From NCBI RefSeq assembly GCF_038025025.1, contig NW_027117339.1:310001-374000 (forward strand): DNA of 64,000 bases, in the 5' to 3' direction. Both the position numbers and the translations under genes were made by a program. Shown piece after piece: positions 12,504 through 24,239 of the stretch (position 1 is its first letter; each line of letters begins with the position of its first letter). Under the pieces are notes generated by a model. It was not told the DNA's origin. It ran no database searches and saw only the letters and a program-made list of their open reading frames with translations. This DNA is from Phyllosticta citribraziliensis. Taxonomy: Eukaryota.

Positions 12504-14245
12504 CGGGAGGGCATGGAGGAGAATGTGCGGAGTGGGTTGGGAGGAGAAGAATACGCGCTGTTGGCGAAGATGTCAGCGATGGGCGGTGGTGATGGAGTGA
12601 GGAATTCTGGGAACAAAGCAGAGCTGGGGTAGGGAGCTCGTGAGATTTGGAGAGCGCGTGCCATACCTTCTCCAAGCGTTGGCGTATTGGGCGGCGGCTT
12701 CTGGCTTACGGGGGCTTGCGGGGGATGCTCCTGCTTGTGGGGAAGGCGACGAGCGGAGGGTAGCGTAGGGTAGCGTAGCGCAGTCGGGTGGATGGAATGC
12801 GATGAGGGATTCTTTGGGGTCAAGGAGAGGCAGTCGTCGGGGATTTGGCGGACAAAGCAGGGTCGTAGGGAGAGAGGTGGGCGGGCGGGATCTGGCGTTT
12901 CAAAGAGTTGGTCGACCTTTCGAGGTTTCCGGGCGGTGCAGGGTTAAGTGACGCTGCAGGTACCGTGACGTGAGGGTCCGGGGGAGCCAGAAATTGCCTT
13001 GTAGCGCACCCGCGGCTGAGAGGCCCAGCTCACTCACTGGGTCCAGGCACAGGCACAGGCACAGCGACAGGCACCAAACAGGCGAAGGGAAACACAGCTG
13101 GACAGAGGCAGAGCGGTGACGATGCTGAGGTGAGGTGAGGCGAGGCGGAGCGGGAGCGACAAAGAAAGCCAAAGGAAGCAGAAGCGTACAAGAAGCAACA
13201 TGAACCCAGCCGCCCGGGTCCGGGTCTTGGGATGGGCTTTGGTGCAGCAGTAAGCTTGGGCTACGACATACGCTCCCGGCCTGAAGAGGTGCTTCCAGTC
13301 GGTTAGTGTTAGGTAATTGGCTAGCACGGTTTCCAGTGTTTCTTTTTATTCAATGCCGGATCCAGAGCAAGGTAGACGACGAGAAGGGAGTTGAGTTGAC
13401 CCTATACCGGTAGCGCCACACTTCACCTCGCAGATCCGGGACATGGCGAGCCACCGTGGCTGATCCTCCGCCAGCGCCACACGACACGCTCTCGCATCCT
13501 TCACTCACACACCACTCACCACTTCACCTCGGTGATCAACATCGTCGTCGCAATCCCCAATCTCCAGTCTCTCTCAACTTCCTCATCTACCTCGCCATCC
13601 ACCCCGCTCCCCGAGCACGTCAGCCCACGCAGTCCGCGCAGCCCACGTCAAACATCCAGACCCACATGCTGTCCACACAACGAAGCCCCATCGCCTATCA
13701 TTGCGTCAGATCGACTTCTGCATCTGCATGCCATCTGCAAAACCTCACATGCCCTGAAGCCTCCTTGATTCGTTGCTCATCGGCCAGCCTCGTCCAAGCA
13801 AACACCTCGTCTCGACCTCGTAAATGCCATCATGGCGCTTTGTCTGCAGAACTCCCCACTGCAAACAAGGCAGACGTCCCAAGGCGGCCAAGGCGCCGTC
13901 ACGCTGAGAGCCTCGTCGGGAGTCCTGCATTGCTGAACAAGAATAAGCGAGCACCAACCCTACGTCGTCTTGTCTCTAACCATGGCAGTACATCGCAATT
14001 TCCCTTTTCCTCACCATTCTCCTAGATTGAACCATGGTAGCCACCATGTCTTGTTGCATCCGTACAAGCGCCGGCTCGCTTCACTAGTTGCAGCCTGTCA
14101 ACCGTCTTTTGCGGGGAAGCTGTATGTCGGACTCGACATGCGGCCATCTTGTCACGAGCATCGAGGAACGCTTTTCCATGGCTGTCTTTGGTTCCACGAC
14201 GGCACCAACGGCCATCACCACCGCCGGCTAGTCTACCAGAGCCGC

Positions 14246-15711
14246 TCAGCGGGTCGTGATGTGGCCGCCCTTGATCGTTTTCCGTACTTCTGGAGGGTCG
14301 TACACTACCTCGGCCAGACGCTTCCTGCACCTCCACTCCGGCCCCGCGCTGTCAAGAAGCACAAAGTCGGCCGGATCCCCCTCTGCCATTTCGATTCCGG
14401 CAGCCGGTAAGCCCATTGCTGCCTTGGCCCTGTTGGACACGCATTCCTTTCAACCGTTAGAAAGACATGGTGGGTGAAAGAGTGGCAGAGTGCACCACTT
14501 ACGTAGAGTATCTCGGCGCCAGTCCTTGTCCCCGTCTGGTACACGCCAATGCCTAAGCTTGCGATGGCCAGAGGATCACAGCTGCCCTGAGGCGTGAATG
14601 CATTGCCAACATTATTGACAGCAATCGCCGCTTGGAGCTTGTGCTCCTGGATCAGCTTTGGTACATTGAGAGTGCCTCGAACATCTTCATTGGTTCTCAT
14701 CATGAAGAGATCGCTCGTCGGCAGTCCTACAAAAGACACTGGAACGTCACCGATGGCTTCCCTCAATCTCGACCATTCTTCGTTGTCAAAATGGGTGAGG
14801 CGCGTGCAATGGCCAAGCGTAATCATCTTGCCTTTTTCCTCCACCCATCGGTTTCTCTTGAACGTCTCGAGTGCCTCCCATACAAAGGGTTCCTTGGCTC
14901 GGTCAAGATGGTAGTCCAAGTGCAGATCTAGAAACTTGCCGTGCTCCAACGCGAGTGATGAAATCCACTCCACGTTTTGTTGCACACTCTCGTGCTTGCT
15001 CTCAACGTAAGGCGTGCTCCCTACCACGTCTACACCGTCTCTGACGACTGCCTCGGACATCAAGTTTCTAATGGTCTTGCCCTCGTCAGGCCCAGAAAAG
15101 AGCGGAAGTTGAGCAAACGCGCAAATCTGTACCTCGCACCGGGCTTCAAACTCGTGCTTGAGCTTGAGACCGGCGTCGAGGCACTTGAAGCCGACGTCGG
15201 CATCGACTTCAACAAACGCCCGCATAGCCGTGACGCCATATCGAATGCTCTCCTCGATCAATTGGCGGCCTCGTCTTAGAAGATCATCTTGCTCAAACCG
15301 TGCCTTTGCTTTTTGCGTCAATGCCAACGCCTCTGCAAAGTCACCCCGCTCGATTTCCAGATCGGCAAACTTGGGATCCTGCAAGAGGAAGCACTTGTCC
15401 AGGTGAATGTGGGCATGGCACAAGGACGGAGCAAGCAGGCAGCCCGACGCATCCAAGACACCAGGCAGATGGGAGAGGCGGGGCGCTCGTGGATCATGAG
15501 CTTCGATGGAGGCTACGCGGCCGTCTGAGATGGACAGGTCCCAGAGGTCTGAGACGGGTCTGGCTGGGAGCCGGGCGGCCATGATGCGTGCAACTGGGGT
15601 TGTGGCCGGGGATGCGGCCGACTGGGCGGCGGCGGCGTCTCGTCCGAACTGGATCTTTGCCATTTCGGCGTCCAGGTCCACGCCCATTGCGGCGAGGTAG
15701 GCGCCGGCCAT
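14246..15711 (-). CDS. Metal-dependent amidohydrolase, cytosine-deaminase-like
   Basis: HAHIHLDK metal motif, DLHLD, LGHCT, NNVGNAFTPQG; intron 14447-14502 joins EILY to ECVSNRAKAAMG..GDPADFV. Confidence 0.88.
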
Positions 15712-16085
15712 GGTGCAGGTGGTTGATGATGGAGTGTCGGCGATGTCTGGTGGAGGACGGGAGGAGAGAGGAGTGTCGCAGTGGTACCGATGAGAGCCGA
15801 CAGAATCACAGACGCATCACGGCGCAGCGCATCGCATCGCAGCGAGGAGTAGAATTGCAGTTAGTGCTTGCTGGCGGCGGCGGTGGAGTTGTTGTCTACC
15901 TACCCCGCCTCCTTTCTCTTAGCGAATTAAAAAGCATGCCAGCCTCTGCCAGTCCCAGTCCCAGTCCCAGTCCCAGTGCCCTTGTCTGAACGCGTCGCCC
16001 GTCCGCTGCCTCTCACTTTCCTTCGTTGCCCCGTTCCATCACGACCACATCGCTGTGCTGCGCGGACGCGTTCAGTCATTACAAC

Positions 16086-17777
16086 ATGCAGGCACAGTAC
16101 CGGAACTACCCGCCGCAGGCGACGACTCAGCGAGCGTCACCGCACGCAGCTCAACCTCGTCGTCCTGGTCCAGGTAAGGTCGCGCTAGCCGAAGCAACCA
16201 CTCGCGCCCTGCCCAACAACTCGTCCTCTGTCCGCAAACACACTCCCTCAAGCCATGATCAAACACGCTGACCTGGCCATCATGTTGCGCCGCAATCCAG
16301 GTCCCATCGCAGCACACCCGCCGCCCATGAATCCGCACCAGCTGCAGGCCCAGCACCAGGCCGAGCTGCAGAAGCGCGAGCTGCTCAAGCGCCAGTCGCG
16401 CAAGCCCACCGACAAGAACCTGCCCGATGGCGTCGAAGACTTGGCCATTGGCGACGGCGTCGCCCAGTACAAGGCCCTGCGCGACGTCGAGCGCAAGATT
16501 GATGCCGCCATGATGCGCAAGCGCCTCGACATCAACGACTTCATGTCCCGCAACCTGACGTGCTACAAGACGTTGCGCATATGGATCAGCAACACGGCCG
16601 AGAACCAGCCGTGGCAGCAGGGCACCATGGACGCCGACGCCTTCGACTTCAACACCGAGAACCAGGCCACATATCGCGTCACCATCTCGGCGCGCCTGCT
16701 GGACGACGAGCACGACGCCGAGGCCAAGAAGGATGCCAGCGCCGGCGAGCAAAAGGATCCGGATGCCATGGAAGAGGACAACAACGAGGCAAATAAAAAG
16801 GGCCCCCAGAAGAAGCATGCCGCCCAGCGCACCAAGTTTTCGCACTTTTTCAAGCAAATCACCATCGACTACGACCGGTCGCCCGCGCTACAGCCCGACG
16901 GCTTTTCGCACATCGAGTGGAAGAAACCGGAAAACAATGCCGCCGCGGGCGCCAACAGCGATTTCGATCTCCTCGTCTTTGAGCGCAAGGCTGACGAGAA
17001 CATCAACGTGACCATCAACTTGTACCGCGACGAGGTGCCGGAGCGCTTCCTGCTGAGCCGGCCCTTGGCCGAGCTGCTTGGTACCGAAGAGGAAGACCGC
17101 GGCGGCGTGCTCATGGGCATCTGGACGTACGTCAAGGCGAACAATCTGCAATCCGAGGAGGACAGCCGCAAGATTCGCTGCGACGCCGAGCTCAAGGCGG
17201 TACGTATCTTTTCCAAAAACCACGGCCATCCCAACAAACTAACATGCCCCAGATCTTCAACAACCGCGACTTCGTCATGTTCCCCGACATCCCACGCGAC
17301 ATCCTGCCGCACCTCTCGCCGCTGCCGCCCTACCAGCTCCCCTACACGATCCGCGTCGACAAAGCATACATCAACCCGCCGGCCCCAGGCAAGCCCTCAG
17401 CACCCACCGTCTACGACGTGCTCGTGCCGCTCGAGGACCCGCTGCGCACCGCCATGTCGGACCTGACATCGCCCATGTCGACGCTCAACCAGCTCTCGCA
17501 GCTCGACGACCAGCTGGCGCACCTGGTGCAAGCGCTGCACCACAGCAAAGCCAAGCACGCCTTCTTCACCAGCTTCGCCGCCGACCCCGTCGCCTTTGTC
17601 AAGCGCTGGAAGTCGTCGCAGCAGCGCGACCTCGAGGTCATTCTCGGCGAGGCGACGCGCGGCGGCGGCGAGGACATTGCGGCCGACGAGTGGCGTCGCG
17701 GCGGCAAGGAGGGCGTCTGGGGCAGCGACAAGGCGAATGAGGGCGTCGGCATTTGGCTCGCGAAGAATAAGCATTAG
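16086..17777 (+). CDS. SNF12: SWI/SNF-RSC subunit Snf12/Swp73/Rsc6 (SMARCD, SWIB domain)
   Basis: Introns 16174-16300 and 17200-17252; KPTDKNLPDGVE, LRIWISNTAENQPWQ, KFSHFFK, IWTYVKANNLQ..IRCDAEL, SQQRDLEVILGE. Confidence 0.92.
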
Positions 17778-18530
17778 TCGTGCCGACGGGTTTATGAAGA
17801 GGCGTTGCGGAAGGGAAAGGCGCCCGCTGTGCGAACGGAGCAGCAGCGCCCGCCTCAGCTGCCCCGCAGCCGGTTGAAAGTGCCATTGCCGAACCACGAA
17901 CGGACCGGGACGAATGTGAACGACAGAAAGAATAACGCGCATTATGGTATTGAGGACGAGGACGAGGACGAGGACGCGGAGGGCGAGGTAGTAGATGACG
18001 AGTGGGGACCGTATATGGAGCAGAAAGAAGGCAGAGAGTCGTACGAAGAGAGTCCGGAGAAGGCGGTGCAGCAGGCAAAAGACAGCGCGCCGGCACGACA
18101 GCAACATCAGCATAAGAGCAAGAGCAAAGGCAAACGCGTCAAGCGTCCAGCGCAGCGGCGGCGCCCGCGGCCCGTCATCGTCTCGTCCTCTTCCTCTTCT
18201 TCTTCCTCCCCTCTCTCCTCTCCCCCGCCCTCCTCGTCCGACTCATCATCAACATTCTCCTCCTCCTCAGAAGACGACGACGACAACGGCGGCGGCGGCG
18301 GCGAAGGCGGCGGAGACGACGACTCCCCCTTCTCCCCCTCTCCCTCCCCCTCCTCAGAACATCAACAAGAACCAGCCCCCGCTCCGACTTCCGCTCCCGC
18401 TCCCACTGCCCCAAAGCCGAAAACAAGAACGACACGAACGACACGAACGCCACGAACGCCACGGGGAAATCCCGTCGGCGCATGGCGACGGCGGCGGGGA
18501 AGCACACGCAGAGGTAGTTTTGGATTGTAG
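17778..18530 (+). other. Open frame of 250 codons in phase with and directly after the SNF12 stop; acidic/Ser-rich/basic low-complexity product
   Basis: No stop from 17778 to TAG 18528-18530 in the SNF12 frame; first in-frame ATG only about 80 codons in. Confidence 0.35.
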
Positions 18531-19338
18531 AAGGGCTCGGAGGGGTTGTAGGTTTAATCGAGAAACGGGGAAGGGTTGTAGGGGGGGAGGAGATTCAATA
18601 AGAGGAAGGCGTGACGGGGGGGGGGGGGGGGGGTGGGGGGCATGGCATAGGTAATGGACGGACGGCGTTTTATCACTCGGAAGGGGGTCGTTGTCATCAT
18701 CATTCTTCTCTGGTGTACTGGTGGGTGGTAGTTTGGTCTGGTCTGGTTTGGTTTAGTTAGGGTCGGACACGGCAAAAAGTCGTGCAATTCATTCACCTCA
18801 TCACCACACATGCACGCACTCACTCCTCCATCATGGAAGTAGGCTTGGTTTGATATAGGTATAATCTACATTGTGACTTGATTGATTTTTGATTTGTGTT
18901 GATTGTACTGTATTCAAAACTGTGAAAAGGGGAGGTCGAAAAAGGGAAGGGGAGGTCGAAAAAGGGAAAGGGAGGCTTTCTCAGCGCACACGCGCACGCG
19001 ACGACGACGATGACAACGACGACAAGATGACGGTCTGTAGAAAGACGAAGAAGTGAAGAGAAAAAGGTAGCAGACAGCAGACAGAGACGAGCGTAACAGA
19101 GGGCAAAAGGAAAAAAGAAAAGGTTTGGGGGTCCGTCCATCTGTCCATCCATGCATCAATCCATCCAAGCATCAATCGTCTGGTTTGGTCGACTGACTGC
19201 TTGCCATGCCTGCCATGTGCAAGTCACGTCCGATCTAGTTGGTGGCAAGCAAGCCATGCAGACAGACGGACAGATGGACGTAACCACCCGGTGCATCCAT
19301 CCCAAACAAAACGTACCCGGACCGGACCGTACCTACGT

Positions 19339-21119
19339 CTAGCTGTTCAGGTAGTTTCGAATGGCACCTGCAGACCCAACGTCAGACGTCAGTTGGCCAT
19401 GTAAAAGGCTAACACTCAGCTCGCGGACACGCAAAAAAAGGAAGACCTCAAATTCCAAAAGTCCAGGGACAGGGGGTGGGGACGAGGCAAAAACTCACCT
19501 TGCAGTCTCGTGGCGCCCTCGCCGAGCAGGTTGCTCAAGTTGTCCAGGTCGTCGCCGGCCGTGATGCCGAAGCGCCGGACAAAGTCCTTGGCCGCCGTCT
19601 CCAGGTCGCCGTAGTCCTCGGGCGGCTCGTCGTCCTCGGGCCGGCCGAAGTAGGCGTTGCTCGAGATGGACGTCGCGCCCTCGAAGCCCTGCAGCCGCGT
19701 CTTGGCCTCGTTTTGCGACGACGGGTCGAACTGCCCGCGGCCGAAGAACTCGTCTGACGAGATGCCTTTTTGCGTGCCAAACTTTTCGCGGGCGAAGCGC
19801 TCCGAGTCTGTTGAACATTTAGTGGGTCGTCTTTGGGATATGAGGGCAGACGTACCGTCTTCTGCGGCTCTGCTCGTTGAACCAAAGCCGCCCATCTTCT
19901 TCGGCGCTGAAGCGGCCGCCTTTTTCGCGCCCACCTGCCCAAAGCCCAATCGCTGAACGCCCAGTCCCAAGCGTTCCACGTCGTTGCTGCTCCTGTCCTT
20001 GCCTGCGGAACCGAGTCCAGAGCGAGCCGGGCTTATCGGCGTCGGGCTCGCAATCTCATCGGTCTTCTTCGCCTTGGATGCTGCCGCGGCAGCCTCCGCG
20101 GCTGCGCGCTCCGCCTCCTCGTCATAGCCCAATTTTTTGATACGCTCCTCTTCCTCCTTGGCCTTGCGCTCGGCAGCTTCAAAGTCTAGAGCATCTCCAC
20201 CTGGCGTAATCTTTTTAGCGCCCAGACCCTTCTTCTTGGCTCCTAGAATGTTGGTTTTGCGGGGCGCTCCAGTGGCCGTGCCCGTTTTGCGAACGGCGGC
20301 GGCCGGGACAGCACGAGGCGCCGCGGCCTTGTCGTCCGATGCGGAGAGGGGCGACTTGGGGCGCGAGCCGTTGCCATTGGCGGGGGCATTGAGGAAAGGC
20401 GAGCCGCTGCGCGAGCCAGAGGCCGGGGTGCCAGTGCGCGAGGGCGGGTTGCTGGGGCGCTTGATGGTAGGCTTGTCCCAGGACGAGAAAAAGTCGTCAT
20501 CGTCGTTGACGGGGGTGTTGGAGCCAGAGGTCTCCGGGTCGGGGATGTCGGTGATGGCAACCTCGTTGGGGTATCTAGCAACGTCAGAAATGTACCCCGA
20601 GAAGGGTCTCATGGGAAGCATACTGCTTCTTGTCCTGCGCCACTCTCCTGCCCAATTCCTCCTTGTACTTGGTTGCGGCGTTGGACGTGTATTTTATTTT
20701 GGGGTCCTTGCTGTTGAGAGCTGCGGTGCCGCCGTGCGTCTGGAAGTACTTGGTTGCAGACTCATTGCCGCCAACCTTCATGAGGCGGAGCTGATCCCAT
20801 TGCCAGACTGTGGCACATGTCAGTTCAATCCCCTATCCACTTGATCTCGTGTGTCGTACTGTCCAAGTTGGTGGAGCGCACAAAGGAGATGTGGACTCCG
20901 AGGTTGCGGTGGTTGGCCGAGCAGTCGAGGCACAGGTAGATTCCAAATGGCACCGAGGACCAAGTGGGATTCTTAGCACCGCAGTCGAAGCATACCTGCA
21001 GCAGGCGTTAGATGGCGAGGCCAGACGTGGTGCAGAGGACAGGGGCGGACCTTATTTGCGGGCTTCGTCTTGAGCTTGTCGAAGATTTTCTGCGACTCGG
21101 CCTTGGTAGCCTGGGCCAT
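19339..21119 (-). CDS. GLO3: ArfGAP Glo3 (COPI trafficking)
   Basis: N-terminal CFDC..CLDC ArfGAP zinc finger across several introns; [14 protein letters not shown]; Glo3 motifs [10 protein letters not shown] and [11 protein letters not shown]; last exon GAIRNYLNS*. Confidence 0.92.
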
Positions 21120-21743
21120 GATGGGCAGGCGATGGTCGCAGAGACGGTGGAGAGGGTCGGGTGGGGAGAGGTTGCACTGGCAGGCGGTTGATGGTGGGTG
21201 GATTTGCGATGCGCGGCGGAGAGCAGTGGACGATGGGGCGGCGGCCAACGCACCCTTGTCACTCTCTGAAGCCGCAAAGTGGCAGCAACACAATCGCACG
21301 TGACATGCAGCTCCATCAAGGGACTCTCTCTTACGTTTCCTCTTCATCTGAACTCCTTGCTTCACTGCTCCAATCCTTTGCATGGAAATATAGCCATCGG
21401 CCAGTTACCTCCACGCCACGCGATTCGAGGGTCCAGCTCTAGCCGCTTTGCCAGCATTGGCCAGAGCACTTCATAGGGCAAAAACGCGGCGCTTGCGTCA
21501 ATCTACATCAAGCTTTCTTTCTATTCTGTCGTCTGATACTTTCAGTTCCCTGAATCGCTTTGGTTCCTCGTCGATTGGCAGGCGCTCGCAGCATGTGGCA
21601 GTCCGAGATGCTCAAGAGGGAATGCTCACCTCATCGCGGGGCCAGAATGACATGGGTGTATATGAAGTAGCCAGAGTCACCGCGGGATACGTATAATGGC
21701 GACAGCTACTCTCACCGGCGAAGTGAATGCAATACACTCAATC

Positions 21744-22279
21744 ATGGCATGCTCCCAACAAGCTGGCATATTCTCTTCTCTCGGTCCATGGGGCCTACCA
21801 CTTACCCCGGTGTTGACCTTCATCCTGGTACAGCCACTCCACTCCCTCGTATATTGCAGCCCATCTAACACTTCCACAGACCTATTACATCGACACTTTC
21901 GTGACTCCGACCCAGTTCTTTGGCATCTCAACGAGGAAAAATGACAGCTATGAACAAGTCGTCGAACGCGCACGCCTCGCCGCCAAAAACCTCCAAGAAA
22001 GCATGCCGCTCTTCGTCTTCACCAGCCTGGTAGCCTGGTACGCAGGCGTCGATCCGCGAGTGCAAAACTTGTGCCATCTTGTGTGGTTTGCCGGCCGAGT
22101 GCTGTATAAGTGGGCATACATGCAATATATTCTCAGCCTGAGGACTCTTTCGTAGTATGGGCGTGTCTGTCGATGCGTGTGAATTCGCTGACGTTTTTTT
22201 GTGTAGTCTTGTCACCCACGTTGCTGTTTATCTGAATTTGATTCAGGGTTTTATGTTGCTCAGGTCTAGGTACTTGTGA
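21744..22279 (+). CDS. MAPEG-family small membrane protein
   Basis: Two 52-nt introns (21828-21879, 22155-22206) give an intact frame: ..ERARLAAKNLQESMPLF..WFAGRVLYKWAY..LRTLSYLVTHVAVYLNLIQGFMLL, matching the MAPEG R-x5-N-x2-E-x2-P / R-x2-Y pattern. Confidence 0.65.
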
Positions 22280-22604
22280 GGGGCACCTGCGGACGGCGGC
22301 TGCCATGGGGTTGCTCGGCTTGTTCATCTGCTTTGTGCTCAGATTTTCTTCTTTCGAGCACGCACTCTTCGTTGTTCGAACGCTCAGAGTTATGGCAGAC
22401 AGTTGTTTCCGTCTCCTGAACCAATACTCTATGTGCACGGCAAACTTGTTCGCAAATCGTTGCGTCGACCAGACTGAAAGACCTTCATTCATAGGATGCT
22501 CTACCGAAACTCCCAGGAGCTCTCACACACTCAACCGCAACCGAGCCATTCCAAGTACAAAAGAGAGACTCCAAAAATGAAACCTGCCTCCCGCATCCAT
22601 CCAC

Positions 22605-24239
22605 TCAATAAAAGATCTTGGTCCTGCCCGAAGAGCCCTGCAAATCACCCACCAACTGAGACAATTGGTTGACGCGCTCAAACCCATTCACGCCCATGCC
22701 CTGGTCCGCCTGCACCAGGTCGACATGGCCGCCGACGACGCAGCTGAAGACTGTGCTCCAGCCATTGACGGTGGCATTGTGCCACGCGCGCGCCAGACAG
22801 GCGTCGACATTGCCCGTCCGCTCCACCTTGTACACCTTCCTGCCGCCGGCCAACGCCTCACCACAGGAGCTCCTGGCACGGGAGCGAACTTCGTCCTCGT
22901 CGGCTTCGCCGTCAGCGGCACCGTCAGCCAGCTCGTCGTCGTCCTGGCGCTCCGGCGCTTCGACGATGGAGTAAAAGACGAGGAATTCGTTTTCGAGGCG
23001 GCGCTGCGTAGCGTCCGGGAACGGAGAGTAGCTGTTTCCTGGGTGCTGCGGGCTCGGCGACGTGACGCCCATGACCTCGCCCACCCACAGCTTGACAGTG
23101 CGCGCGCACGTCGCCGGCTGCCGCTCCTCGCCGTCGCCCTGTGCCACCAGGTCCGCGACGTCGCTGCCCAGCCCTTTGGCCTCGAAGCGGCGCAGGCGCG
23201 CCAGCTCGGCTTCGGCCGGCCGCGTGTACCACTGCTCCGGCTCGCCGTACTTGAGCAGCCAGAGCCAGTGGTGCAGGTCGAAGGGGCTGGCCCGGTGGTG
23301 CAGAAGGACGCCCGTGCGTGGTGGGTCCAGGATCGAATTGGTTTGGTGCAGCTGCAGTGTTCGCTCGATGGGAGTTTGGTTCCAGTAGCGCGTGCGGATG
23401 AGGTCCATTGCCGAGTAAGCCGCTGGTGCAACGATTGGCGGTGGAGGCGGCGGAGGGATAGGCAAATGATGAGGCCCCGGACCACAATGGAAGGGTGGAG
23501 GTGGCGGTGGAGGACCAGGAAGTCGAGGACCCCTCTTTCGATGGCAGACGTAGGCCGGTAACTCCCCACTAAGGCCATCGATAACAGGTGGCAGTGCGTG
23601 GAGACTATTGTGAACTGAAGGACCCGGGGATAGCGCTTCAGATGTGGCCGACTCCCTGGCGTTGTCCTCGCGTGTGGACCAGAATGCCGGTGGAGGTGGC
23701 GGCGGTGGTGGTGGATCATCTCTGATTCCGCAACGCCGACGTCGAACGTGGTTATACGACTTGCCATTGTGCAAGGTGATGGGATAGTTACAATCTTTCG
23801 GGGGCAGGTTCAACCTAGATTGAGGACCCGCTTGCAGTCCAGCTACAGAGTCGTTTGTGGGCATACAATCGCCCTCATCTGCCTCTTTGACCAGTTCAGA
23901 GAACGGTGGCGGCTCATCTCCCGGCAGTCCAATCGACGAGGTGTTGGGCTCGTCATTTTGCGGAGTAGGGGCAAGCGATTCTGAGGACGGGGGTGGAGGA
24001 GGCGGCGAGAAACCCCCAACAGCTGGGGGGAGCGGTATAGACGGTGGCTCCATGTCTGGAGCGTCAACATAGCTGACATGTCCGTTGTCCAAGTCTTTAT
24101 CGAACGTCCCCTTCTCCGACACCGAGGAAGAAGAGTGGCCGACGCTGCACATGGTCGGCGAAGCAGTTCGAGATAAACAAGGCCTTGAGGGCATGTAATC
24201 GTCGTCCTCGATCAAAACGAGGTCGTCCAATTCGTCCAT
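22605..24239 (-). CDS. Hypothetical proline-rich protein (544 aa)
   Basis: Long ORF with coding-like bias; poly-Pro N-terminal half, globular-looking C-terminal half (HHWLWLLKYGEPEQWY, NGWSTVFSCVV). Confidence 0.7.
   Translation of the reverse strand: MDELDDLVLIEDDDYMPSRPCLSRTASPTMCSVGHSSSSVSEKGTFDKDLDNGHVSYVDAPDMEPPSIPLPPAVGGFSPPPPPPSSESLAPTPQNDEPNTSSIGLPGDEPPPFSELVKEADEGDCMPTNDSVAGLQAGPQSRLNLPPKDCNYPITLHNGKSYNHVRRRRCGIRDDPPPPPPPPPAFWSTREDNARESATSEALSPGPSVHNSLHALPPVIDGLSGELPAYVCHRKRGPRLPGPPPPPPPFHCGPGPHHLPIPPPPPPPIVAPAAYSAMDLIRTRYWNQTPIERTLQLHQTNSILDPPRTGVLLHHRASPFDLHHWLWLLKYGEPEQWYTRPAEAELARLRRFEAKGLGSDVADLVAQGDGEERQPATCARTVKLWVGEVMGVTSPSPQHPGNSYSPFPDATQRRLENEFLVFYSIVEAPERQDDDELADGAADGEADEDEVRSRARSSCGEALAGGRKVYKVERTGNVDACLARAWHNATVNGWSTVFSCVVGGHVDLVQADQGMGVNGFERVNQLSQLVGDLQGSSGRTKIFY

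Noticed and set aside
13456..14410. ORFs and splice-like signals on + between the HECT and amidohydrolase genes
   Set aside because: No coherent exon chain or recognisable protein; overlaps the 3' end of the amidohydrolase
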